A DNA stretch of 63,966 nucleotides, the filler included, from Thermodesulfobacteriota bacterium (lineage in GTDB: Bacteria; DASVDK01): assembly GCA_036381125.1 (NCBI GenBank). It is 8 parts of 8 records of this genome, joined end to end, with 100 filler letters (N's around TTAATTAATTAA, not from the genome) between each part and the next. Parts side by side here need not be neighbours in the genome. Positions count along the whole stretch, not along the records: positions 33,124 to 47,023 come from DASVDK010000149.1; positions 47,124 to 55,510 come from DASVDK010000150.1; 6 more parts are not named here. One strand, 5' to 3'. A model generated the notes under the pieces. That model saw nothing but the letters and a program-made list of their open reading frames with translations, did no database searches and had not been told where the DNA came from. This document shows positions 38,676-50,702 of the stretch, one piece after another. The position numbers were made by a program, and so were the translations under genes. Within the stretch, counting starts at the first letter, position 1. The number at the start of each line of letters is the position of its first letter.

Positions 38676-38888
38676 GCGGAGGGCCTCGGGCTCGCCCTCG
38701 TCCCCACCGTCGTGGCCGCCCCGCCGCCGCGCGGCACCCGGGCGCGAGCCCTCTCCGGCGACGACCTCGGGCTGCCGATCGGCCTCGTCCGCCGGCGCGA
38801 CGCCGGCCGGCCGGGCCCCGCGCTCGCGGCCGTGCTCGACGCGCTGCGTCAGGGGCTCCGCACAAGAACCCCTTCGGGCCGCTCCTGA
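38676..38888 (+). pseudogene. LysR-type substrate-binding domain C-terminal remnant
   Basis: AEGLGLALVPTVVAAPPP...DLGLPIGLVRRRD...PALAAVLDAL, with no N-terminus or start. Confidence 0.45.
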
Positions 38889-38965
38889 GAGCGGCTGCTT
38901 GCTATGCTGTCGAGCGTTGGCCAGGGCTCCAGAGGCCGTCCTCCGGAGGGCACCGTCGATGGCAG

Positions 38966-39220
38966 ATGCCTGGGGGCGCCGGCGGCTCGCCGGCACGATC
39001 GCCATGCGGGCTCCCGAGGCTGGTCGCGGGGTGCGGCGGCGACGGCGGCAGCGCCGTGTCCCCGCCCACCGCGCCGAACGGTCGGTTCCTCTACGTGGCC
39101 AACCGCGCCTCCAACGACATCCCGGCGTTCGCCATCGATCCGGCGAGCGGGGCGCTCGGGGCCGCGGGCGCCCCGGTCCCCACGGGCCTCGACCCACGGG
39201 CGATCGCCATCGCGTGGTGA
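38966..39220 (+). pseudogene. Lactonase-like beta-propeller lipoprotein remnant
   Basis: A lipobox-like LVAGC is joined directly to one terminal blade, PNGRFLYVANRASNDIPAFAIDPASGAL...PTGLDPRAIAI. Confidence 0.5.
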
Positions 39221-39258
39221 CCGCGTCCGGTCGAGGCCGGGTCCGGTAGAGTCGTCCC

Positions 39259-40173
39259 GTGCGCGCCCTTGGCAGCCTGCTCGCCGCCGTCCTGGTCACC
39301 GGCTGCGCGAGCCGGCCGGCGACCTCGCTCGCGCCGCTCGATCCGCAGCTCCGGCGCCACATCACGATGATCCGCGTGGCCCGCGCCGAGGCGCCCCCCG
39401 AAGTGGTGGTCCTGCCCGCCGGGCGCGACGTCGCCGGCAGCATCGCCAGGGGAGCCGGCCGGGGCGCCGCGATCGGTGTGGCGGCCGTGGACCCGGACGA
39501 GGCCGAGGACCCGCGTCTGCGCAGCGAGGATCCCGAGACGCGCCGCCGGGCGGCCCTTGCATACGGATCCGAGCGGGAGGCTCGCCGGGCCGCCGAGGGC
39601 GACGACCATCCCGCGGACGACGGCCTCGGCGAGGTGCTCGTCGAGGTACTCCTCTGGCCGTTCACGGCGCTCGCCGGCGCCATCGCGGGCGCCTTCGCGG
39701 GCGGGGTGTACGGGGCCGCAACCGCGCCCGAGTCCGAGGGCCAACGATACATCGCAGCGCCGCTGCGCGTCCTCGTGGACGAGGCCGACGTCCAGTCGGC
39801 GCTCCGGGACTACCTGGTGGAGAGGATCCGGTCCGGCGCGCAGGTCGGGTACGCGGGGCCGGACGCCCCGGCTGCGGTCCTCGAGGCCGCGGCCGTGCGC
39901 GTCGAGGTCCCGAGCCCGGAGTCGCCGAAGGACCCGGTGCCGCTCACGCTCGTCACGCGCGTCCGCGTCCTGCGGCCCGAGGGCGGTCGGGTCCTGCACG
40001 AGGGGACGGTCGTCTGCGAGACGGCGACCCATCCGCTCGGCGCGTGGCTCGCGCCGGACGGTGACGTCCTGACCGCCGAGCTGACGGGGTGCGCCGCCCG
40101 GACGGCGGCCGATGCGGCGCGGCTCCTCTTCGCGCCGGCGCCCGAGGCGCCGGTGCTCGATCGAGGCGCGTAA
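39259..40173 (+). CDS. Hypothetical lipoprotein
   Basis: MRALGSLLAAVLVTGC lipobox, a glycine-zipper-like AGAIAGAFAGGVYGA, and host-like codon usage. Confidence 0.6.
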   Translation: MRALGSLLAAVLVTGCASRPATSLAPLDPQLRRHITMIRVARAEAPPEVVVLPAGRDVAGSIARGAGRGAAIGVAAVDPDEAEDPRLRSEDPETRRRAALAYGSEREARRAAEGDDHPADDGLGEVLVEVLLWPFTALAGAIAGAFAGGVYGAATAPESEGQRYIAAPLRVLVDEADVQSALRDYLVERIRSGAQVGYAGPDAPAAVLEAAAVRVEVPSPESPKDPVPLTLVTRVRVLRPEGGRVLHEGTVVCETATHPLGAWLAPDGDVLTAELTGCAARTAADAARLLFAPAPEAPVLDRGA

Positions 40174-40273
40174 CGGTCCCTGCGCCCGGGCCGAAGAAGC
40201 CGTCGTGGAAGCCGGTGGCCGCGCCGCAGAAAGCTGATGGAGCGGGCGCCGGCGGCGAACATCGCGGCGGCGC

Positions 40274-41491
40274 TTACCTCGCCGGCGCCACGCGCTGCAC
40301 GGCCGCGCGCAGCCGCCGCAGCCCCTCGTCGATCCGCTCGGGTGTCGAGTTCGAGAAGTTGAGCCGGAGCGTCCGCGCCGCCTCCGGGCGCGACTGGTCG
40401 ATGTAGAAGGGGGCTCCCGGCACGAACGCCACGTCCGCCGCCACGGCCGCGTGGAAGAGCGCCATGGCGTCCCACCCGGGCGGCAGGGTCACCCAGACGA
40501 ACATGCCGCCGTCGGGACGCGTCCAGGTCGAGCCGACCGGCAGGGCGTCGGGCAGGGCGGCGAGGAGCGCGTCGCGTCGCCTCGCGTACTCCCGGCGCAG
40601 GCGGCCGAGGTGCGCGTCGAGGTCCTCGCTCGCCAGGAAGTCGGCGGCGAGCCGCTGGCCGAGCGACGTCGTGTGGAGGTCGGCCGCCTGCTTGACGAAG
40701 ACGAGCCGCTCGAGGATCGGCCCGGCGGCCATGACGTAGCCGAGCCGGAGCCCGGGGGCGAGCACCTTCGAGAAGGAGCCGAGGGAGACCACGCGGCCGG
40801 GGCCCTCGAGCGCGGTCTGCCCGGCCGTGCGGCCCGCCGCGACCGCGGGCGGGAAGGCGCCCTCGTAGCGGAGGGCGCCGTAGGGGTTGTCGTCGACCAC
40901 CACGAAGCCGTGCCGGTCGGCCAGCTCGACGAGGCGCGCCCGCCGCTCGGCGGCCAGCGTGACGCCGGTCGGGTTCTGGAACTCGCTCACGGTGTAGACG
41001 AGCCGGACGCGACGTCGGCGACAGAGCGCGTCGAGGGCGTCGAGATCGATGCCTCCCGCGTCGACCGGCACGCCGGCGAGGTCGGCGCCGGCGAGGCGGA
41101 AGGCCTGGATGGCGGCCAGGTAGCCCGGCTCCTCGACCGCCGCCAGGGCGCCCGGCTCGAGGAAGAGCCGCGCCGCGAGGTCGAGCCCCTGCTGCGAGCC
41201 GGCCGTCACCACCACCTCGTCGGCCCGCGCGGGCGCGCCCCGCCGCGCGAACTGGGCGGCGATCCACTCGCGCAGCGCCGGGTGCCCCTCCGTCGTCGAG
41301 TACTGGAGCGCCGGCGCGCCGTCGCGCTCGAAGACGCGCGCCGCGGCGCGCGCGAGGGCGTCGGTGGGGAAGAGCTCGGGCGCCGGCAACCCGCCGGCGA
41401 GGGAGATCACCTCGGGCCGCGCGGTCACCTTGAGGATCTCGCGGACGACCGACCCTTCCGCCTGCCGCGCCCCCTTCGCGAACTCCACCAT
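40274..41491 (-). CDS. PLP-dependent class I aminotransferase (LysN/ARO8-like)
   Basis: ISLAGGLP, GSQQGLDL, FQNPTG, DDNPY, GSFSKVLAPGLRLG and PDGGMFVW. No N-terminal HTH. Confidence 0.9.
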   Translation of the reverse strand: MVEFAKGARQAEGSVVREILKVTARPEVISLAGGLPAPELFPTDALARAAARVFERDGAPALQYSTTEGHPALREWIAAQFARRGAPARADEVVVTAGSQQGLDLAARLFLEPGALAAVEEPGYLAAIQAFRLAGADLAGVPVDAGGIDLDALDALCRRRRVRLVYTVSEFQNPTGVTLAAERRARLVELADRHGFVVVDDNPYGALRYEGAFPPAVAAGRTAGQTALEGPGRVVSLGSFSKVLAPGLRLGYVMAAGPILERLVFVKQAADLHTTSLGQRLAADFLASEDLDAHLGRLRREYARRRDALLAALPDALPVGSTWTRPDGGMFVWVTLPPGWDAMALFHAAVAADVAFVPGAPFYIDQSRPEAARTLRLNFSNSTPERIDEGLRRLRAAVQRVAPAR

Positions 41492-41653
41492 CCCTGCGGT
41501 CCCTCCATGCCCGGACGCCCCAGGCTGTGCCTGCACAGCCTCGCGCCGCCCGGCCCCCGAACCGCTCTGCGCGGTCTGCCCGCGTCGCGGTGTCCGCCGG
41601 CCGTCGGCCGACGCGCCCCGGCCGGTCCCGCGACCGGCTCGTACGGACAGGCC

Positions 41654-42442
41654 CTAGCAGATGTCGAGGCGGCCCGGCGCCAGCGCCGCCTCGATCGACG
41701 CGAGGTTCGCCGCGGAGCGCGCGTCCGGCCGCCCCGGGGACGGCGCCTCCGCGCGCCGCCGCGACAGCGCCTCGGCCGCGAGGTCGAGCAGCGCCGGCTC
41801 GCGGCTCGCGAGGCCGCGCCCCTCGACGCGGCCGTCGGCGACGGTGTCGAGGCGCGCCACGATCGCCTCCGCGCCGTCCGCCACGAGGAGGAAGACCTCC
41901 GACGGGCTCGCCGCGCTCACCGCCACGCCCCGCTCCCGCGCCTCGGCGATGGCGCCGGCCAGGGCGGCGAGCGGCCCGCCGCCGCAGGCGACCTCGACGT
42001 GGCGCTCGGCCGCGGCGAGGAGGGCTGCCGCTCGCTCGAGCACGGCCGGACCGTCGGCAAGCGGCCAGGCGCCGCCGGGTGCCTCGCGGCGCGCGAGCCC
42101 TTCGAGCGCCCGCCGGACCGCCTGGAGGCTCTGGCGCGTGCGAGCGTCGAGGCGGCCGAGCAGGTCCTCGGGCGGCAACGCGGCGAACGTGGCCGGCTCC
42201 CCGGGCAGACGCAACGCCAGGCCGCGCGCCTCGAGGCGCTCGAGCACCCGGTAGATCTTCGAATCGGGGATGCCCGCCCCCCGGGCCGCCTCGTAGGCGG
42301 TCGCCGGCTGGCGCTCGAGGAGCGCCCCGTAGACCCGCGCGTCGTACTCCGCGAAGCCGAACGACGCAAGCGCCTCCACGAGGGGAGAGCCGCCGGCGCT
42401 CGTCGTGCGCCGCCCGGCGGCGGCCACTTTCTTCCCTACCAT
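41654..42442 (-). CDS. TrmB-family transcriptional regulator
   Basis: FGFAEYDARVYGALL...TAYEAARGAGIPDSKIYRVLERL. Confidence 0.8.
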   Translation of the reverse strand: MVGKKVAAAGRRTTSAGGSPLVEALASFGFAEYDARVYGALLERQPATAYEAARGAGIPDSKIYRVLERLEARGLALRLPGEPATFAALPPEDLLGRLDARTRQSLQAVRRALEGLARREAPGGAWPLADGPAVLERAAALLAAAERHVEVACGGGPLAALAGAIAEARERGVAVSAASPSEVFLLVADGAEAIVARLDTVADGRVEGRGLASREPALLDLAAEALSRRRAEAPSPGRPDARSAANLASIEAALAPGRLDIC

Positions 42443-42754
42443 GGTAGGGAGGTTACTCGGCGAGCGACCGTCGCGTCAAGATGAACGTTTTCTAACCAAC
42501 GTATCAGCCGGGGTTAACGCAGTCGGGAGCCGGTTGGGGCAAGATCACGCCGAAGCGCTCTTCTCCTCCCCCGGGACCGACCCGCATCCGCCGTCGGCCA
42601 CGCGCACCGCGGCGTCGGCCGCGGGTCGGTCCCGGTTCTCCTTTTTCCACGGTGGCCAGGGTCACGTGACGAGGTGCCAGAGCGGTACGCTTGCTCGGCT
42701 AGCGAACTTTCGCACTTCGCCGGACGACGCCCGGACGCTAAGCTAGGCGTCGTC

Positions 42755-45676
<2,922 letters not shown>

Positions 45677-45700
45677 CACGGCGGCACGCGCGCGACTCGA

Positions 45701-46519
45701 CTAGCCGCCGGCCCGCCGCCCCGCGTGCCAGCGCGCCACCTCGGCGCACGTCGTCCACCAGACGCCCGGGAACCGCCGGATGTAGCCGATCAGGTCCTCG
45801 AGCAGCCGGATGCGCGAGGCCCGGCCGCTGATGAACGGGTGACAGGTGAGGACGAAGCAGCCGTTCTCCTCGTGCATGGCGGCGAACTCGCTCGCCCAGA
45901 GCCTGAAGACCCGCTCCGTGTCGGCGATGGCGTTGGTCGAGCCGTAGACGTGCCGGAAGAGCGGCGCGTCGTCCATGATCCACTGCGGCGGGATCTCGGT
46001 GAGCGGGCCGTGAGGGGTGTCGAGGTCGTAGGGCACGTCGTTGCCCATGAGGGAGGAGTCGTAGAGGAAGCCGTTGGCCTTGAGGATGCCGGGCGTCCGC
46101 AGGTTCACGTCCCACGAGGGGGACCGGTAGCCGACCGGCTTCACGCCGAGGAGGTCCTCGAGGATCGCGAGCTGCGCCCGCATGACGGCCAGCTCCTGCG
46201 CCTCGTCGAAGCCGTCGAGCGCCTCGTGCATGTTGCCGTGCGCGCCGATCTCGTGGCCCGCGTCGCGGATCCGCTTCGACTCGGCGGTCCAATGCTCGAC
46301 GGTCCATCCCGGGATGAAGAAGCTCGCCGGGACCCGCTGGCGGTCGAGCATCCGGAGGATCCGATCGACCCCCACGCGCGGCCCGAAGCGGCGCTCCTCG
46401 AGGATGGCCAGGCTGCGCTTCGCCTTCTCGGGCTCCCGGAAGAGGAAGCCGCTCTCGGCGTCGAAATCGAACGAGAGGACGACGGCGCACTGCTTGCCGT
46501 CGGGCCAGACGTAACGCAT
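45701..46519 (-). CDS. Polysaccharide deacetylase family protein (CE4, PuuE/PgdA-like)
   Basis: LSFDFDAE, HEIGAHGNMH, GYRSPSW, YDSSLM and HPFISGR. Confidence 0.85.
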   Translation of the reverse strand: MRYVWPDGKQCAVVLSFDFDAESGFLFREPEKAKRSLAILEERRFGPRVGVDRILRMLDRQRVPASFFIPGWTVEHWTAESKRIRDAGHEIGAHGNMHEALDGFDEAQELAVMRAQLAILEDLLGVKPVGYRSPSWDVNLRTPGILKANGFLYDSSLMGNDVPYDLDTPHGPLTEIPPQWIMDDAPLFRHVYGSTNAIADTERVFRLWASEFAAMHEENGCFVLTCHPFISGRASRIRLLEDLIGYIRRFPGVWWTTCAEVARWHAGRRAGG

Positions 46520-46540
46520 TCGCATCCTCCCTCGTCCCTC

Positions 46541-46665
46541 GGGGTCAGGTCTTTCCATTTTCCATGGGGTCAGGCCTTTCCATTTTCCAGGGGGTCTGAC
46601 CCCACTCGTTTTCCAGGGGGTCAGGTCTTTCCATTTTCCGTGGGGTCAGGTCTTTCCGTTTTCCA
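46541..46665 (+). repeat. 24-bp REP-like repeat cluster B (5 tandem units, about 25-nt period)
   Basis: GGGGTCAGGTCTTTCCATTTTCCA-type units at 46541, 46566, 46591 (a variant containing GGGGTCTGACCCC), 46617 and 46642. Confidence 0.9.
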
Positions 46666-46773
46666 CGCAGGCGCCGTTCCGGGCCGCCCGGGCAGGGGCC
46701 TCGCGCCGCAAGCCGCCCCCTCCTCGCGGGGGCGGGGGATACGGGGCGGGACTCGGCGGCCCTCCGGCCGGCG

Positions 46774-47023
46774 TCATACGTGCCTCATCCGCGGGTCGAG
46801 CGCGCTGCGCAGCCCGTCGCCGAGGATGTTGAAGGCCAGGACGGTCACGGCGATGACCATGCCCGGGACGAGCGCGATGTGGGGCGCGACACGCAGGTAG
46901 TTGCGTCCCGAGGCGACCATGCTCCCCCAGGAGGCGGCCAGCGGCTGCGCGCCGAGGCCGAGGAACGAGAGCGCCGCCTCCATCATGATGGCCCTGGCCA
47001 CGAAGAGCGTCTCCAGCACGATG
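46774..47023 (-). CDS. Peptide ABC transporter permease (DppC-like), 3' end
   Basis: EAALSFLGLG...SWGSMV...AFNILGDGLRSALDPR. Confidence 0.85.
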
Positions 47024-47123
47024 NNNNNNNNNNNNNNNNNNNNNNNNNNNNNNNNNNNNNNNNNNNNTTAATTAATTAANNNNNNNNNNNNNNNNNNNNN
47101 NNNNNNNNNNNNNNNNNNNNNNN
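47024..47123. other. Artificial contig linker
   Basis: N44-TTAATTAATTAA-N44. Confidence 0.98.
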
Positions 47124-47318
47124 GAGGAGCGCATCGGCCAGGGGCGCGAGGCGGTCAAGGCCTACCTGAGCGAGCACCCCGAGCTGGCCGCCCGCATCGA
47201 GCAGCAGATCCTCGCCCACTTCGGCGTCCAGCGGGGCGGCCCTGCGGTTGCGCCGGCGGCGGCCGAGGAGACGCCGCAGGAGGCGCCTACCACGAACGGA
47301 CGGATGCGCTCGCGCTAG
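47124..47318 (+). CDS. recA: RecA, 3' end
   Basis: EERIGQGREAVKAYLSEHPELAARIEQQI is the RecA C-terminal motif. It is not in the ORF track. Confidence 0.85.
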   Translation, partial: EERIGQGREAVKAYLSEHPELAARIEQQILAHFGVQRGGPAVAPAAAEETPQEAPTTNGRMRSR

Positions 47319-47433
47319 AGGTCAATCCCCTGGGCCGGGCGGACGGGCCTCGACGCCCGGCGACGTGGGACGAGGCGGTTTCGGGTGACTCCGGCGTGAG
47401 ACGCATCACGGCGCGCCGGGCAGACTCGACCGC

Positions 47434-47460
47434 TTGACCGGCGGCGCGCCTTCTGGCATA
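47434..47460 (+). promoter_or_regulatory. Putative promoter of vWA gene 1
   Basis: TTGACC-N10-CTTCTGGCATA. The same motif and spacing occur upstream of vWA gene 2. Confidence 0.6.
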
Positions 47461-47504
47461 CGAGGGCCCGCCCGTGTCGGGCCCCGTTCGCCAAGGAGGG
47501 CCAG

Positions 47505-48335
47505 GTGTACGCCGCCGAGATCAGCCGTGGCAACCCGACCGCGTTCGTGTTCCTCATCGACCAGTCCGGCTCCATGGTCGACAGGTGGGGCGGCGGCGCG
47601 AAGAGCAAGGCCCAGGAAGTCGCCGACGCCATCAACAACCTGCTCTACACGCTGGTGATGCGCTGCTCGAAGGGGGACGACGTCCTCGACTGGTTCCACG
47701 TCGGCGTCTTCGGCTACGGCGCGAGCGTCGGCGCCTGCCTCAACGGCGCCGGCAGCAGCGAGGACCTGGTGCCGATCAGCCAGATCGCCGCCAACCCGGC
47801 GAAGCTCGAGGACCGGACGAAGAAGGTGCCCGACGGCGCCGGCGGCCTGGTCGAGTCGGTCGTCAAGTTCCCCGTCTGGCTCAAGCCGGTGGCCAACGGC
47901 GGCACCCCCATGTGCGCCGCCTTCGAGCGGGTGAAGGACGTCGTCGCGCGGTGGAGCGGCGAGCACAGCATGGCCTATCCGCCCACGATCATCCACGTCA
48001 CCGACGGCGAGTCGACCGACGGCGACCCGACCGAGATCATCGAGGCCCTCAAGAAGTCGGGCACGGAGGACGGCGACGCCCTCGTCTTCAACATCCACAT
48101 CTCCTCGAAGGGGGGCGCCCAGGTCCGGTTCCCGGACGCCGAGGAGGGGCTGCCGGACGACTACGCGAAGATGCTCTTCCGCACCTCGAGCCTGCTGCCC
48201 GAGCCGCTGCGGCGCGAGGCGGCCAGGGAGGGCTTCGCCGTGACGGACGGCTCGCGCGGCTTTGCCTTCAACGCCGACCTGGTGCAGCTCATCCAGTTCC
48301 TCGACATCGGCACGCGGGCGAGCAACCTGCGGTAG
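47505..48335 (+). CDS. TerY-like vWA domain protein (copy 1)
   Basis: MIDAS residues DQSGS...GGTPM...HVTDGE. GTG start with an AAGGAGG RBS. Confidence 0.88.
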   Translation: MYAAEISRGNPTAFVFLIDQSGSMVDRWGGGAKSKAQEVADAINNLLYTLVMRCSKGDDVLDWFHVGVFGYGASVGACLNGAGSSEDLVPISQIAANPAKLEDRTKKVPDGAGGLVESVVKFPVWLKPVANGGTPMCAAFERVKDVVARWSGEHSMAYPPTIIHVTDGESTDGDPTEIIEALKKSGTEDGDALVFNIHISSKGGAQVRFPDAEEGLPDDYAKMLFRTSSLLPEPLRREAAREGFAVTDGSRGFAFNADLVQLIQFLDIGTRASNLR

Positions 48336-48347
48336 GCATCGCGCCCG

Positions 48348-49076
48348 ATGACCCGCTGCCGCGGATTCTCCGTCCCGAAGTCGGGCCGGAAGGACGCGGA
48401 GAACGAGGACGCCTTCGAGGTCGATCTCGATCGCGGCGCCGTCGCGGTGGCGGACGGCGCCACCGATTCCTCGTTCTCGCGGGCCTGGGCGCGCCTGCTC
48501 GTGGACACGTTCAGGGTCTGGCCCCTCGACCCGGCCGCCGACGCCCGGGCGCTGGAGGCGTGGCTCCATCGGCCGCAGGCGCTCTGGCGCCGGATGCTCG
48601 AAGGCCGCCCCCTTCCGTGGCACGCGCAGCACAAGGTCGCGCGGGGCGCCTACGCGGCGCTCGTCGCGGCCGAGGTGCGCGCCGACGGCGACCACGTCTA
48701 CTGGTCGGCGCTCGCGGTGGGCGACTGCTGCCTCTTCGTCGTCGAGGATGATCGGCTCGAGGTCGCCTTCCCCATCGAGGACCCCCAGGCGTTCGGGTCG
48801 ACCCCCTTCCTCCTCGGCACGAACCCCGAGGCCAACCGCGGGGTGGCCGATCACCTGCGGCAGCGCACCGGCCGCGCGGCGCGCGGCGCCCGCCTGCTCT
48901 TCATGAGCGACGCCCTCGCGCACTGGTTCCTCGCCGCGGCGCGCGGGGGGGAGCGCCCCTGGCGGACGCTCGACGAGGCCGAGGACGCCGGCGCCTTCGG
49001 CGCGCTGATCGGCCGCCTGCGCGAGGCCAGGGCCCTGCGCAACGACGACTCCACGCTCGTGCTCTGGGAGACCTGA
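48348..49076 (+). CDS. PP2C-like protein phosphatase (TerY-P triad)
   Basis: NEDAF, AVADGA, AVGDCC, MSDAL and NDDST. Confidence 0.85.
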   Translation: MTRCRGFSVPKSGRKDAENEDAFEVDLDRGAVAVADGATDSSFSRAWARLLVDTFRVWPLDPAADARALEAWLHRPQALWRRMLEGRPLPWHAQHKVARGAYAALVAAEVRADGDHVYWSALAVGDCCLFVVEDDRLEVAFPIEDPQAFGSTPFLLGTNPEANRGVADHLRQRTGRAARGARLLFMSDALAHWFLAAARGGERPWRTLDEAEDAGAFGALIGRLREARALRNDDSTLVLWET

Positions 49077-49077
49077 G

Positions 49078-50538
49078 ATGGCCTGGCCCGGAATGGTCGA
49101 GTACTCGGCCGCCGTGCAGAACCAGCGGGCGAGCTTCCTCGCGCCGGAGCTGAAGGCCGCGAGCGTCGTCACCAACCGACTCGGCCTGCCGAAGGTCTGC
49201 TCCGGCGCGTTCGCGATCGTCTACGAGCTGACGAACGGCCGGGACCGCTGGGCGATCCGCTGCTTCACCAGGGAGGTCGGCGACCTGATGGAGCGGTACG
49301 CCGCGATCGCCGAGCACCTCCGCAAGGCGGCGCTGCCGCAGTTCGTGCCGTTCGACTACCTCCAGGACGGCATCCTGGTGAACGGCAAGCCGTACCCGAT
49401 CATGAAGATGCAGTGGGTCGAGGGGGTGCCGCTGGGCCGCTACGTCGAGCAGCACCTCGGCGACCCCGCCCGGTTGCTCGCCCTGGCGGGCCGGTTCGGC
49501 GAGCTGTCGGCCGCGCTCGAGAAGCAGAAGATCGGCCACGGCGACCTCTCCGCGGACAACGTCCTCCTCGTGAACGACGCCATCACCCTCATCGACTACG
49601 ACGGGCTGTACGTGCCGGCGCTCGCCGGCCGGAAGGCGCGCGAGCTGGGGAACCCGGCGTTCCAGCACCCGCGGCGCGACGACACGATCTTCGGGCCGGA
49701 GGTGGACCGGTTCTCGGTCCTCCTCATCGCCACGGCGCTCGCGGCGCTCGCCGCCGACCCGGGCCTCTGGTCGCGGCACTCGGGCGGCAACGGGATCCTC
49801 TTCTCGCCGGCCGACCTGCGCAGCCCCGCCGGCTCGCCCCTCTTCAAGGCGCTGCGCGCGTCGGCGAACGCCGCCGTGCGCGGGCTGGCCGACGAGCTGG
49901 CACGCTGGTGCGAGGCGAAGCCGGGCAAGCTCGGCAAGCTGCCGCCGCTCGGCAAGCTCGCCGCGAAGGTCTCGCCGTCGGCCGCGCCGGCTGCCGCCGC
50001 GCCGGCGACGGTGTCGATCACGGTGGCCATCCCGAACGGCACGGCCGCGCAGCCGGCCGGGAGCGCCCCCCCGGCGCCGGCCGGGACCGCGCGAGTCGCC
50101 TGGTGGCGCCGCGGCGCGACCAGGGCCGCGGCGCCGCGGCAACCCGCGCCGGCTCCCGCGCCCGCCGCGGCTGCCGCGCCCGCACCGGTCGCCGCAGCCG
50201 CGCAGGCCGGCCCGGCGGTCGACTGGACGGGGCCCTTCGCGACGGCCTTCGGCCTCGGCGTCTTCGCCGTCCTCCTCGCGCCCGAGACGCGCTCGCTGTC
50301 GGTGCTGCTCGTCCCCCTCCTGGTGGCGCTCGTGGCGGGGGTCGACGCCGCCTACCAGCGGAGCGGGGAGCCCGGGGCGCTGCGGGCGAGCGTGGGGGCG
50401 AGCGCGTTCGGCGCGGGGCTCTTCGGCGTGCTGCTGGCGCCCGAGACCGCGTCGGCGTCGATGCTCGCCCTTCCGGTGGTCCCCGCGCTCGTCTACGGCG
50501 CCAAGCGTGCGGCCGCGAGCGCGCCGCCGGGCCCCTGA
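49078..50538 (+). CDS. Ser/Thr kinase-like protein (TerY-P triad) with an Ala/Pro linker and C-terminal TM segments
   Basis: SGAFAIVY, WAIRCF, MQWVEG, HGDLSADNVLL, LIDYDG, FQHP and DRFS. Confidence 0.85.
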   Translation: MAWPGMVEYSAAVQNQRASFLAPELKAASVVTNRLGLPKVCSGAFAIVYELTNGRDRWAIRCFTREVGDLMERYAAIAEHLRKAALPQFVPFDYLQDGILVNGKPYPIMKMQWVEGVPLGRYVEQHLGDPARLLALAGRFGELSAALEKQKIGHGDLSADNVLLVNDAITLIDYDGLYVPALAGRKARELGNPAFQHPRRDDTIFGPEVDRFSVLLIATALAALAADPGLWSRHSGGNGILFSPADLRSPAGSPLFKALRASANAAVRGLADELARWCEAKPGKLGKLPPLGKLAAKVSPSAAPAAAAPATVSITVAIPNGTAAQPAGSAPPAPAGTARVAWWRRGATRAAAPRQPAPAPAPAAAAAPAPVAAAAQAGPAVDWTGPFATAFGLGVFAVLLAPETRSLSVLLVPLLVALVAGVDAAYQRSGEPGALRASVGASAFGAGLFGVLLAPETASASMLALPVVPALVYGAKRAAASAPPGP

Positions 50539-50540
50539 CC

Positions 50541-50641
50541 GGGGTCAGGTCTTTCCATTTTCCATGGGGTCAGGTCTTTCCATTTTCCATGGGGTCAGGC
50601 CTTGCCGTTTTCCAGACGGGAGAACGTTGGGGGGCTGACCC
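50541..50641. repeat. 24-bp REP-like repeat cluster C (3 tandem units plus a degenerate inverted copy)
   Basis: Units at 50541, 50566 and 50591, then GAC and GGGAGAACGTTGGGGGGCTGACCC. Confidence 0.85.
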
Positions 50642-50702
50642 TACTCGTTCTCCGCGGGCCGCAGCCGACCCGCCCCGGCGCCGCACTCCACCGGCAGACG
50701 CG

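Noticed and set aside
46541-46665. Tandem 24-bp repeats as a CRISPR array (also 50541-50614 and 28721-28796)
   Set aside because: Units are separated by about 1 nt with no unique spacers, occur in both orientations at several loci, and no cas genes are present.
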